Assembly (NCBI GenBank): GCA_003345595.1
Contig: PRDI01000109.1
Span: forward strand, 1 to 18,539
Length of the DNA stretch: 18,539 bases
From: Candidatus Thorarchaeota archaeon
GTDB lineage: Archaea; Asgardarchaeota; Thorarchaeia; Thorarchaeales; Thorarchaeaceae
Reading direction: 5' to 3'
Shown piece by piece: positions 1 through 9,242 of the stretch. The notes under the pieces are model-generated. The model saw nothing but the letters and a program-made list of their open reading frames with translations, had not been told where the DNA came from and searched no databases. The position numbers and the translations under genes were made by a program. Numbering within the stretch: position 1 is the first letter of the stretch; each line of letters begins with the position of its first letter.

Positions 1-1050
1 CGGGTGTGCTTGTTCGGCGAGCACAGTGATTACTTACGCCTACAGGTGCTGCCTGCGGCAATAAACCGTTCAATAGACATCCTTGTCTTTCCAAGACACG
101 GTTCCTCGATTAGAGTCTTGTACGTCAACCTGAACGAAACGGACACGTTCGATATACACAAGGTTGTGACCTATCGTCACCGACGCGAGTATCTTCGAAG
201 TGCCTTCAATGTCTTGGCACGACAAGGCATGAAACCGTCCACTGGAGCAGACCTGACTGTCAGTGGAAACATCCCGATTGCTGCAGGACTCTCAAGCTCC
301 TCGGCTCTGACAGTTGCCTCTGTCATGGCATTTGCGTACCTGACCGGCACCCAGCTCAAACCTGACAGGATCGCACATCTCGCATTTCAAGCAGAAGTGC
401 AGGAGTTTGGAGAGAGCGGCGGAATGATGGACCATTTTGCCTCAGCATATGGCGCACTGATCCACCTTGACTGCGGTCATGAGAACCGGCTCACGAAGCT
501 GCCAGCGCAACTGAACGGTCTTGTGATTGGCGACTCTCAGGAGAAGAAGACGGACACTGTGGGCGATCTCATCTCCATTAGAAAGACTGTAGAAGATGGA
601 TATAGGCGACTTGCTGATCTGCTCCCCGGTTTTGATCAGAGAGTGACTCCGCTTGAGCTAGTTGAAAGGTACATCGACAGACTCCCCGAAAGCTGCAGAC
701 TCATGACCATGTCGACGATCAGGAACCGGGACCTAACAACTCGCGCAATGAGATTGCTGAGCTCAGCCTCGCCAGATCCCAAGATTGTAGGTCTTATGCT
801 CGATGAGCACCACTCGATTCTGAGAGATGGACTACATAGATCCACGCCGAAGATAGAAGCCATGATCTCAGCTGCGAAGTCTGCAGGCGCGCTCGGCTGC
901 AAGATAAATGGTAGTGGAGGGGGCGGGACAATGCTGGCTTATGCACCCGGCTGCGAGAAGGAGGTTGCAGACGCCATAAGTCAGTCAGGCGGCATTCCTT
1001 ATCCCGTGAAGATATCTCAAGGGGCTTCTGGAGCAGCCATCACGGAATAG
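1..1050 (+). CDS. GHMP kinase, galactokinase-like (5'-truncated)
   Basis: Frame is open from base 1 (RVCLFGEHSDY, matching the galactokinase GRVNLIGEHTDY signature). It has the PIAAGLSSSSA ATP-binding loop, GMMDH and GCKINGSGGGG motifs. Substrate uncertain. Confidence 0.85.
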   Translation, partial: RVCLFGEHSDYLRLQVLPAAINRSIDILVFPRHGSSIRVLYVNLNETDTFDIHKVVTYRHRREYLRSAFNVLARQGMKPSTGADLTVSGNIPIAAGLSSSSALTVASVMAFAYLTGTQLKPDRIAHLAFQAEVQEFGESGGMMDHFASAYGALIHLDCGHENRLTKLPAQLNGLVIGDSQEKKTDTVGDLISIRKTVEDGYRRLADLLPGFDQRVTPLELVERYIDRLPESCRLMTMSTIRNRDLTTRAMRLLSSASPDPKIVGLMLDEHHSILRDGLHRSTPKIEAMISAAKSAGALGCKINGSGGGGTMLAYAPGCEKEVADAISQSGGIPYPVKISQGASGAAITE

Positions 1051-2623
1051 CCTGCTGCCCTGCGGCCAATTCACTCATTCTGGTTTCTACAGTGGAAACC
1101 GTTTCTTCTTTCACCTTTCCAGCGGCGGCTACCAGTTGATCTACGTCCTCACTCATCTTCTTGACGAATGCCTTGTCATGAATGTTGCCCAAGTTGATCC
1201 TGACATTCAGTGCGGCTCCTTCGACGGCTGCAAACAGGGCGAACGCCGCCACGCCGGCGTCAGTTATCGCATTTATGTTGCCCTTCTCTGCAACAGTTCT
1301 CGCCGCTTCAAGTGCCTTAAGTGAGTGCTGTATTGTTGTCAGGGGCACCTCTGAAGCATGCTTTGTCGCCGCCTCGACTTGCTCCGCCTTCTTCCTCTTT
1401 TCTATGTCAGTCCCCTCAGGCATCCTGATGGCCGTCATGACATCCTCGAAGGCAGCTGAGTCCTTCTCTACAAGGTCCATGAGAATCCCGCGGTCAGTTT
1501 CAGCTGTGTGCCTTAGACCTGTCATTTCATCCTTGATGGCTGCGAACTTGCGTCCCGACAGAGACAGGCCCGAAACCATGCAGACCAAGCCAGCTCCGTA
1601 TGATCCCATGAGTGCCGCTACGCTGCCGCCACCAGGAGTAGCATGAGCTCGCCTGACTTCATCGCCGAACTCTATGAGCGACATCTCTGTGAACGTCTTC
1701 TCAGTCGGCTCATTTGCTCCTGCTAGGTAGTAGAGGTCGAGAATCATCGACTCGTCGAGCTTGTCCACCTGTAGGTAGTACTTGACCGCATCAATCAACG
1801 CAAACAAGGGAACCATGCCCACAATCTCGGTTTCAACGACAGAGGCGCCGTAGCGACGTGCCTCGTTTCGTACAACCTCAAGAGCCTGATGCATTCGAGT
1901 GCGTCCAGGGTTGGTCAGGTTCATGGATATCTGAGTCATCCCCCTTTCGGGGAGTTCAATGCCCATCGCTTGAATGTTGACGAGCCCGCCAGTGGTCGCA
2001 CGGACGGCATCAGCACATGCTTTTGCTGCACGCAAGTCCGTGGTGTTCAAATCGGCATTGAAGGCAATCAAGAAGTTGCGGGCGCCGGTGGCAGTACAGC
2101 CTGCAGTAGGGTGAATCTTCTTTGGACCGTAGTCGGGATCCTTAGCTGGGTCCTTCCCGATGAGTTGTCTCAGGCCTTCGAATTCACCCTCTCGTATGTT
2201 GGGCAGTTCGACACGCTCAGGACGAGTCGCAGACTTGGCGTACAGGTAGACGGGAACGTTGCACGCACGAGAGAACTCCTCTCCAAACTCCTTGGAGAGC
2301 TCGATGCACTCACCAATGGTGACACCATGTAGAGGGATAAAGGGAACAACATCGACAGCGCCCATGCGGGGATGTGCACCCTTGTGCCGAGTCAGATCAA
2401 TCTTCTGTACTGCCAGCTTACTGGCCTTGAGGACTGCCTCCTTGACCTTCTGAGGTTCACCAATGAGTGTGAACACTGACCTGTTGTGATCGTGATCGTA
2501 CTCAAGGTCTAGAAGCTTAACTCCCTCAACACTGCGTATTGCATCGGCAAGGGCGTCAATGACCTCCTGTCGCCTGCCTTCGCTGAAGTTTGGAACACTC
2601 TCTACAATCTTCACGTCCGTCAC
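1040..2623 (-). CDS. ftcD: Bifunctional glutamate formimidoyltransferase / formimidoyltetrahydrofolate cyclodeaminase (fused FTCD)
   Basis: N-terminal VESVPNFSEGRR, DHNRSV, HPRMGAVDVVPF, GAR and QISMNL motifs (FT domain); C-terminal TPGGGSVAA, D..AF, GNINAITDAG and NVRINL motifs (cyclodeaminase domain). GTG start. Confidence 0.95.
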   Translation of the reverse strand: MTDVKIVESVPNFSEGRRQEVIDALADAIRSVEGVKLLDLEYDHDHNRSVFTLIGEPQKVKEAVLKASKLAVQKIDLTRHKGAHPRMGAVDVVPFIPLHGVTIGECIELSKEFGEEFSRACNVPVYLYAKSATRPERVELPNIREGEFEGLRQLIGKDPAKDPDYGPKKIHPTAGCTATGARNFLIAFNADLNTTDLRAAKACADAVRATTGGLVNIQAMGIELPERGMTQISMNLTNPGRTRMHQALEVVRNEARRYGASVVETEIVGMVPLFALIDAVKYYLQVDKLDESMILDLYYLAGANEPTEKTFTEMSLIEFGDEVRRAHATPGGGSVAALMGSYGAGLVCMVSGLSLSGRKFAAIKDEMTGLRHTAETDRGILMDLVEKDSAAFEDVMTAIRMPEGTDIEKRKKAEQVEAATKHASEVPLTTIQHSLKALEAARTVAEKGNINAITDAGVAAFALFAAVEGAALNVRINLGNIHDKAFVKKMSEDVDQLVAAAGKVKEETVSTVETRMSELAAGQQAIP

Positions 2624-2691
2624 TGATGCCAGATTCTGCTGGAACTGGCAAAAAAGGTTTGGGCAAGAAACAGTGTGCTAGACCGAGAGGC

Positions 2692-3627
2692 TTAGCTGCT
2701 GTAAGTCCCCAGATCGATGGCATCCCCTGTCAGCACGTTGGCCATGGCCTTGTCGAAGGCGTACGCGGAGAGCACGTTCTTGAGAAGCATCGTTATGGTC
2801 ATGGGACCCACCCCACCCGGAACGGGAGTTATGTATGACACTTTGCACTTTAGAGCCTCAGTGTCACAATCACCATTGGGCGTTGCGACGTCGATGACGA
2901 TTGCACCCTCTTTGACCATGTCGGCGGTAATAAAGAATGGATCTTCTTTTGACTTGCGGCGACCAATCGCAGTGACAAGAATGTCAGCCTGTCTGGTAAA
3001 CGATGGCAGGTCTCGGGTCTTCGAGTGACACACTGTGACAGTCAGGTCTCTGTTCAGAAGCATCATCACCAGAGGCTTCCCTACGATTGTCGATCGGTTG
3101 ACAATCACTGCGTGTTTGCCCTGAAGTGGAACTCCGAGATGATCTAATATCGTGGCAATTCCCTGAGGGGTTGCTGCACCAAGCAACTCACTGCCATAGA
3201 ACAGCCTGTAGATGTTGGTCGGCGAGAATCCATCGACGTCCTTTGTGGGCTCGACTGCGCTGATAATCCTCTCTTCACTAATGTGCTTGGGCAGCGGAAG
3301 CTGGACTAAGATGCCGGAAACTGATACGTCGTGGTTCAACGTGTGAATAAGATCTATCAACTGGTCTTCTGTGGTATTGTCTGGAAGGTTGTACTGACCT
3401 GAGGCTATCCCTACGCGCGCACAGGCCTTATGTTTCATTCTGACATACATGGTAGAGCCCGGGTCTTCCCCCACTTGCACCGTGACCAGCTTCGGGGGAG
3501 CCCCGTAGGCCTCAGTCAGCCGAGCGACCTCGCGCGCAATCTCTTCCTCTATGTGCCCAGCCAGCTTCTTGCCGCTGATCACGCGATCGTCACAGAAAGT
3601 GCTTGGAGTAGCCTCCATCGTAGTCAT
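2692..3627 (-). CDS. folD: Methylenetetrahydrofolate dehydrogenase/cyclohydrolase
   Basis: YVRMK (YxxxK), GILVQLPLP, KDVDG, RSTIVGKP, CHSKT and TPVPGGVGPMT motifs. The start could instead be the ATG at 3618. Confidence 0.95.
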   Translation of the reverse strand: MTTMEATPSTFCDDRVISGKKLAGHIEEEIAREVARLTEAYGAPPKLVTVQVGEDPGSTMYVRMKHKACARVGIASGQYNLPDNTTEDQLIDLIHTLNHDVSVSGILVQLPLPKHISEERIISAVEPTKDVDGFSPTNIYRLFYGSELLGAATPQGIATILDHLGVPLQGKHAVIVNRSTIVGKPLVMMLLNRDLTVTVCHSKTRDLPSFTRQADILVTAIGRRKSKEDPFFITADMVKEGAIVIDVATPNGDCDTEALKCKVSYITPVPGGVGPMTITMLLKNVLSAYAFDKAMANVLTGDAIDLGTYSS

Positions 3628-3642
3628 TCAAACACCACCGGT

Positions 3643-5241
3643 CTAGAACACACCAAAGATGTTGTTTTTCTCATCTAGCCCCATGCCCACAGCTGCTGGT
3701 TCCTTCGGTAACCCAGGCATGAGCATGATGTCACCCATGTAGACGACAACGAACCCTGCTCCCGCGCTCACGTCAACACCACGTACAGAAACGTCGAACC
3801 CCGTCGGTCTGCCAAGGAGCTTGGGATTGTCGGACAGACTGAACTGCGTTTTGGCAACGCATACGGGCAGCTTACCGTACCCGCGTTTCTCCAGTGACCT
3901 GATGTCAGACTCAGCATCTTCAGCATACGTGACTCCCCGAGCACCATAGACCTTTGTCGCCAGTTTACTGACCTTTGTCTTCAGATCGTCCTCGAGTTCG
4001 TATACGTAGGTAAGCTTGCTTTTCTGGCCAACGACTTCGATGATGTCAGCTGCTAGTTCCTTGCCACCTTCACTCCCCTTTGCGTAGACCTCGGAAACCT
4101 CCATCTTCCATCCACGCTTTGAGCAGAAGGCCTTCAATGCGGATATCTGTTCGGGAGTGTCGCTCGGGAACCTGTTCAGTGCAATGACAGCTGGCAGTCC
4201 GAAGGCACGCACGTTTTCCACGTGTTTCTCAAGATTCGGAAAACCCTTCTCAAGCACACCCTCGCCGTGGTTCATGAGTGCCCTGATTGATGTGACAACG
4301 ACGACTGCGTCTACTTTGAACCCACCTATCCTTGTCACTATATCGACGAACTTCTCAGCTCCAAGATCTGCTCCAAAGCCAGCCTCGACGACTACATAGT
4401 CGAACAATCTCAGAGCGATATCGATAGCTGTCACGGAGTTGGTACCGTGTGCGATATTGGCGAATGGACCTGCATGGATCAGAGCAGGGGTTCCTTCGGA
4501 CGTCTGGACCAAGTTAGGCATTAGTGCGTCCCGCAGGAGCACGCTCATCGCACCTTCAGCCTTAAGGTCGCTAGCATGAACCTCCTCAAGCTTCATGGTA
4601 CGTCCGACAAGGACTCGACCAAGGCGTGCCTTGAGGTCTTCGTAACTTGTCGCCAGAGCAAGAATGGCCATAATCTCAGAGGCAGCAGTTATCACGAATG
4701 AGTCCTCGCGCGGAAAGCCATTCGCTTTCCCACCGAGGCCAACAGCTATCTTCCTGAGGGCTCTATCGTTCATGTCGATGGTCCGAGGCCAGTAGACTCT
4801 TCGAATATCTATGTTCAGCTGATTGCCCTGGTGAATGTGATTGTCAATCATGGCAGAAAGCAGATTGTGTGCGGCAGACACAGCAGGAAAGTCCGAAGTA
4901 AACAGCAGGTTGATCTTCTCGAAAGGCAAGACCTGAGCCTTGCCGCCTCCAGCGGCTCCGCCCTTCACGCCAAAGACAGGACCAAGTGACGGCTCTCTTA
5001 TTGTGACAACTGCCTTGCGACCCATAGCGTTGAGAGCCATTGACAGACCAATCGCATTCGTGGTCTTGCCCTCTCCTGCAGGTGTGGGAGTGGTCGCAGT
5101 GACGAGGATCAGTCTTCCCTTTCTCTCTCCTAGCACCTTCTTGATTCCTAGGTCAATCTTGGCCATATACTTGCCGTATGGTTCCAGAAACTCGGAAGGT
5201 ATGCCTGCTTTCTCAGCCACTTCTGCAATGGGAATCATCAT
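3643..5241 (-). CDS. fhs: Formate--tetrahydrofolate ligase
   Basis: TPTPAGEGKTT, REPSLGPVFGVKGGAAGGG, HAGPFANIAHG, EAGFGADLGAEKF, AKTQFSLSD and MPGLP motifs. Confidence 0.97.
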   Translation of the reverse strand: MMIPIAEVAEKAGIPSEFLEPYGKYMAKIDLGIKKVLGERKGRLILVTATTPTPAGEGKTTNAIGLSMALNAMGRKAVVTIREPSLGPVFGVKGGAAGGGKAQVLPFEKINLLFTSDFPAVSAAHNLLSAMIDNHIHQGNQLNIDIRRVYWPRTIDMNDRALRKIAVGLGGKANGFPREDSFVITAASEIMAILALATSYEDLKARLGRVLVGRTMKLEEVHASDLKAEGAMSVLLRDALMPNLVQTSEGTPALIHAGPFANIAHGTNSVTAIDIALRLFDYVVVEAGFGADLGAEKFVDIVTRIGGFKVDAVVVVTSIRALMNHGEGVLEKGFPNLEKHVENVRAFGLPAVIALNRFPSDTPEQISALKAFCSKRGWKMEVSEVYAKGSEGGKELAADIIEVVGQKSKLTYVYELEDDLKTKVSKLATKVYGARGVTYAEDAESDIRSLEKRGYGKLPVCVAKTQFSLSDNPKLLGRPTGFDVSVRGVDVSAGAGFVVVYMGDIMLMPGLPKEPAAVGMGLDEKNNIFGVF

Positions 5242-5368
5242 TTCACACTTTCCAGCCTAACGCTGGTCCCTAGCGCTCGCCTTCCCTTGATAAACAATGC
5301 CAAACGTCACAACCGTGTCCAAAAGAACATAAGACAGGCATCTGCAATGCTACGCAGGGTTAACCAAA

Positions 5369-6676
5369 ATGGACAGGACACCGCTCGAAGCACTACCGGA
5401 TGCACTCCCTGACGGGATAGAACTTGAGAAGTATATAGTCGGGACCTACTATGTAGGACTTCCGCCGATGCTCGATGCAAGGCAGCTGGCGTGGGGCGCA
5501 GCTGTGGAGCAGAGCACCGGAACATGGATTCCTGTTCCCGGTGAAACCGTCGACGTCCGAAAGAGGCACATTGCCAAAGTGATTGGGGTCTTCGAGGTTC
5601 CGTACTATGAGTACAGTACGCCCAAGGATCTAGAAAGGCGCGAATATGTAATCCAGGTCGCCTTTCCATGGGCGAACTTCGGAGCACAGATTCCCATGAT
5701 GCTCAGCACTGTAGTGGGCAACATAAGCATGGGAGGACGTATCAAGTGTCTTGACCTGCGCTTCCCGAAGAGCTTCCTGAAGTCATTCAAGGGACCAAAG
5801 TTCGGAATCAGCGGCCTGCGAAAACTGACCGGAGTGAAAGACCGTCCATTCTTGAACAACATGATCAAACCATGCGTGTATACCTCTGCAAAGATGGGTG
5901 CAGGCCTCTTCTATGAGGCCGCTGCAGGCGGAGCGGACATAATCAAGGACGATGAACTTCTCGCTAACCCAGAGTACAACAGCTTGGCTGAGCGTGTGCC
6001 ATTGTTCATGGAAGCCGCTGACAGGGCCAATGCGGAGAAGAATGAGAAGACCCTCTATACCGCGAACATAACTGACAGCATAACCAGACTCTTTGAGAAC
6101 GCCGAGAAGGCGCAGGAGTGGGGAGCCAATGCTCTGATGGTCAACTTCCTCGCTGTGGGCTATTCTGCATTCCAAGCAGTCTGCGAGGACCCGTCAACGA
6201 AGGTGCCTGTGCTGGCACATATGGACATCGCAGGCGCGCTGTATGAATCGCCGATTACAGGCATTGCCTCGAACCTAGTCATCGGGAAGCTGCCAAGAAT
6301 CTGCGGTGCCGATATCACTGTCTTTCCGGCCCCATATGGGAAAGCCCCTATACTCAAGGAGAGATACCTCGGTATGGCCCATGAGATGGTCATGCCGCTG
6401 CTCCACATCGAGCAGACAGCTCCAATGCCCAGCGGCGGTATTTCCCCAGGCATGGTAGAGGAAGTGATGGAAGACCTGGGTCCCGACATTGTAATCGGGT
6501 CGGGCGGGGGAATACATGCACACCCTAAGGGACCACGCGCTGGTGCGACGGCCTTCAGACAGGCGATTGAAGCGAAGATGAAGGGCATCCCTGTCAGCCA
6601 GTATGCAAGTGAACATGAGGAACTCAAAATCGCCATGGAGTCATGGGGTGCCGGCAGGACTGGATTCGAGCTGTAG
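5369..6676 (+). CDS. RuBisCO-like protein (form IV, RLP)
   Basis: EQSTGTW, FKGPKFGI, IKDDE, PMPSGG and GSGGGIHAHP motifs. The carboxylase residues K177, R295 and H327 (form I numbering) appear substituted (IKPC, AHMD, ITVFP). Confidence 0.9.
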   Translation: MDRTPLEALPDALPDGIELEKYIVGTYYVGLPPMLDARQLAWGAAVEQSTGTWIPVPGETVDVRKRHIAKVIGVFEVPYYEYSTPKDLERREYVIQVAFPWANFGAQIPMMLSTVVGNISMGGRIKCLDLRFPKSFLKSFKGPKFGISGLRKLTGVKDRPFLNNMIKPCVYTSAKMGAGLFYEAAAGGADIIKDDELLANPEYNSLAERVPLFMEAADRANAEKNEKTLYTANITDSITRLFENAEKAQEWGANALMVNFLAVGYSAFQAVCEDPSTKVPVLAHMDIAGALYESPITGIASNLVIGKLPRICGADITVFPAPYGKAPILKERYLGMAHEMVMPLLHIEQTAPMPSGGISPGMVEEVMEDLGPDIVIGSGGGIHAHPKGPRAGATAFRQAIEAKMKGIPVSQYASEHEELKIAMESWGAGRTGFEL

Positions 6677-6729
6677 TCCACGCTAGCGACTGACCAAAGA
6701 TTATGATACGATATCTGAGGCGAATAGTC

Positions 6730-7731
6730 ATGAGTACCGCAAAGAAAATGGATGACGAGATAGTCGATTGGCTCCTTGAGGAAGAGAATCCAAGTGTGCG
6801 GTTCTGGGCCCTGCAGCAGCTTCGAGGGAAGAAAGGGACTGATGCAGAGGTCATAGCGGCTCAACGTGCGATCATGCAGTCAGACTGTGTCAAGGCAATC
6901 CTAAAGGCTCAGAGGCCGGAGGGGCACTGGGAAAACAGGGAGAGCTTCTATCTACCGAAGTACATAGCGAGTACCCACAATCTGCTGATTCTCGCAGAGC
7001 TTGGTGCTGAAGCTACTACTGCCATAAGACGCGGAGTGGAGCATGTGTTCCTGTTCCAGCGCGATTCGGGTCATTTCTTGATCAACATCCCAAAGACAGA
7101 GAAAGGCAAAGCGAGTACGATGACAGATGGGTGTTGCATTGACGGCAACATACTGTACTACCTGCTCCACTTCGGCTATCTTGAAGACGCTCACACAAAG
7201 AGGCTCATCCAGTTCCTTGTTAACGATCATTCGAAAGATTACGGATGGCGATGCAGGTCCTATCCAATTGACAGGAACAGAGTCTTTCCAGTCAACTGCT
7301 ACATGGGAGCTGTAAAAGCCCTCAAGGGTCTGTCCATGATTCCCAAGAAAGACCGATCCGCTGAAGTCAGTTATGTCATCCAAGCAGAAACAGAGTCTAT
7401 CCTCTCTAACCAAGTGTACAAGTATCTTCGTGGGCCAAAGGGCGAGAGGAAGGAGAAGGCAGGATGGAAGCGTTTTGGTTTTCCTCTGTTCTATCAATCG
7501 GACGTTCTTGAAGTGCTGGACGTGCTGACTGGGCTGGGCGCACATGATGAAAGGATGTCTGATGCCGTCGAACTTGTGGAGAAGGCTCGAGGGCCTGACG
7601 GAAAATGGGCACTCAAGAACACCTTCAATGGCAAAATGCTGTGCAACATTGATACGAAGAACCAGCCATCGAAGTGGGTGACTCTCAGGGCCGTGCGAGT
7701 TCTGAAGAGATGGTATCAGGAACATGGCTAG
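6730..7731 (+). CDS. Uncharacterised (alpha/alpha)-toroid protein with prenyltransferase/squalene-cyclase-like repeats
   Basis: Repeated QW-like motifs (ILKAQRPEGHW, LFQRDSGHF, KDYGWRC, KARGPDGKW), plus FGFPLFYQSDVLEVL and a C-terminal PSKWVTLRA. ATG 6730 preferred over 6703. Confidence 0.65.
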   Translation: MSTAKKMDDEIVDWLLEEENPSVRFWALQQLRGKKGTDAEVIAAQRAIMQSDCVKAILKAQRPEGHWENRESFYLPKYIASTHNLLILAELGAEATTAIRRGVEHVFLFQRDSGHFLINIPKTEKGKASTMTDGCCIDGNILYYLLHFGYLEDAHTKRLIQFLVNDHSKDYGWRCRSYPIDRNRVFPVNCYMGAVKALKGLSMIPKKDRSAEVSYVIQAETESILSNQVYKYLRGPKGERKEKAGWKRFGFPLFYQSDVLEVLDVLTGLGAHDERMSDAVELVEKARGPDGKWALKNTFNGKMLCNIDTKNQPSKWVTLRAVRVLKRWYQEHG

Positions 7732-7824
7732 CCTTGGAAAACGTGCGCGGTACGTCTAGTATGTTGTGCACCCAAGTCCATCAGAGTTAATACTTAGAAA
7801 GCATCTAGTAAGCAATCGTTGCCT

Positions 7825-7830
7825 AGGAGG
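7825..7830 (+). promoter_or_regulatory. Shine-Dalgarno site
   Basis: AGGAGG 8 nt upstream of ATG 7839. Confidence 0.65.
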
Positions 7831-7838
7831 AACTGACG

Positions 7839-9206
7839 ATGAAGCTCAAGCCTGTCACTCTTACAGAACAAGAGATTGAAGACATGATATCCGATATCAC
7901 CGACGAGGAGGCCAAAGAGGCAGAGGAGCACTCGCTCACGCCGCTGAAAGACAAGATCCTCTTTGAGGGTGAACCCGGTGGAGCTGTCGTGAAAGACACC
8001 AAGGGCAACGAGTACATAGATTGTACGTCTCAGGCATGGACTCTGAATATCGGCTTCTGTGACCCCGACATCGCGTTCGTTGTGGCCCGCCAGATGCAGC
8101 GTCTTTCACACGTCAGATACGGATTCCCAACTGTTCCCAGGTTGAAGCTGCTGAACGAGATCACGAAGCTATTCAAGATGCCGCGGGCGAGCTTCAACAA
8201 CATGGGCGGAGGAGCCTCAGTTGAGGCGGCCATGAAAATAGCATTGTTGCGGAAGAAGGATGCCGACACATTCATCACGGCATGGCGTGCTTACCATGGT
8301 TCCTCGCTCGCGACGACAAGTGCCAGCGCATACATGCCCACAGCAACTCGTTTTCTCGGCTTCGGGAGAGAGCACTTTGTAAAGATTCCTTATCCATACT
8401 GCTACAGATGCTACCTTGGCCATGACAGGGAGAAAGAAGACTGCACAGGAGTATGCGCGGAGTTTGTCAAACAGACCATCATGCACGGCGTCACGGGTCC
8501 TGTAGCAGGGATAATCGTCGAGCCAATCATGGGACCCGGTGGACATATCGAAGCACATACCGAATACCTGAAGGCGCTCAAGGAGATTTGTGAACAGATA
8601 GATGCACTGCTCATTTTCGACGAGGCACAGACTGCCTTCGGTAGAGTAGGTGAGTGGTGTGCATCTGACCTTCACAACATGCGTCCTGATGTCATGTGCT
8701 TGACCAAGGGAATTGCCGGCGGTGTCCCGATGGGTGCAACTCTCACACGTGGTGACATAGTGGGGTTTACTGAGTCTGAGGAACACTCGACGTTCGGGTC
8801 TAACCCGGTCATGTTCGCGGCATCTCTTGTCAATATAGAGATCATTAAGCGTAAGAACCTCCTGCAGAGGAGCAAGCTGCTCGGTGAGAAAATCAAGGAC
8901 GGAATTCTCGAGCTCCAGGAGAAGTACCCAGTCATCGGGGACGTTCGATGCCCGGGGCTATACAAGGGGATTGAGCTTGTCGAAGATCCTAAGTCGAAGA
9001 GGCCAGGGGTCGAGATGGCACATGCATTCATCCAGGAGGGATGGAAGCGCGGGGTCATCTTCGACTACAACATGCCAAACCTATCCCCATGGGGCTATGA
9101 CCTTCGCAATGTAATCAAGATTAAGCCACCTCTCACGATTACGGAGGAACAGGTGGACAAGGTACTTGAAGTGTTCGAGGAATGCCTGCAGGAAGTCACG
9201 AAGTGA
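7839..9206 (+). CDS. Class III PLP-dependent aminotransferase (GabT/ArgD-like)
   Basis: DTKGNEYID, AYHGSS, IIVEPIMG, LIFDEAQTAFGR, DVMCLTKGIAGG (PLP lysine), HSTFGSNP and IKIKPPL motifs. Confidence 0.9.
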   Translation: MKLKPVTLTEQEIEDMISDITDEEAKEAEEHSLTPLKDKILFEGEPGGAVVKDTKGNEYIDCTSQAWTLNIGFCDPDIAFVVARQMQRLSHVRYGFPTVPRLKLLNEITKLFKMPRASFNNMGGGASVEAAMKIALLRKKDADTFITAWRAYHGSSLATTSASAYMPTATRFLGFGREHFVKIPYPYCYRCYLGHDREKEDCTGVCAEFVKQTIMHGVTGPVAGIIVEPIMGPGGHIEAHTEYLKALKEICEQIDALLIFDEAQTAFGRVGEWCASDLHNMRPDVMCLTKGIAGGVPMGATLTRGDIVGFTESEEHSTFGSNPVMFAASLVNIEIIKRKNLLQRSKLLGEKIKDGILELQEKYPVIGDVRCPGLYKGIELVEDPKSKRPGVEMAHAFIQEGWKRGVIFDYNMPNLSPWGYDLRNVIKIKPPLTITEEQVDKVLEVFEECLQEVTK

Positions 9207-9242
9207 GATAGCGGTCGCTGCTCTGCGTGACTCTGCGTGCTT

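Noticed and set aside
1040-1050. 11-nt 3' overlap of the convergent kinase and FTCD genes
   Set aside because: Common in compact archaeal genomes.
5369-6676. True CO2-fixing RuBisCO (form III)
   Set aside because: Key carboxylase residues (K177, R295, H327 equivalents) are substituted.
6160-7725. Long antisense ORFs (6160-6864, 6952-7725; likewise 9805-10485 and 15995-16618)
   Set aside because: Shadow frames of well-supported genes, with no recognisable motifs.
6730-7731. Toroid-repeat protein as a Rab prenyltransferase beta subunit
   Set aside because: The nearby GTPase has no C-terminal Cys, no alpha subunit is present, and the sequence resembles a widespread prokaryotic family.
9221-9239. 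Tandem CTCTGCGTG x2 between convergent genes
   Set aside because: Only two short copies with no spacers; not CRISPR and compatible with chance.
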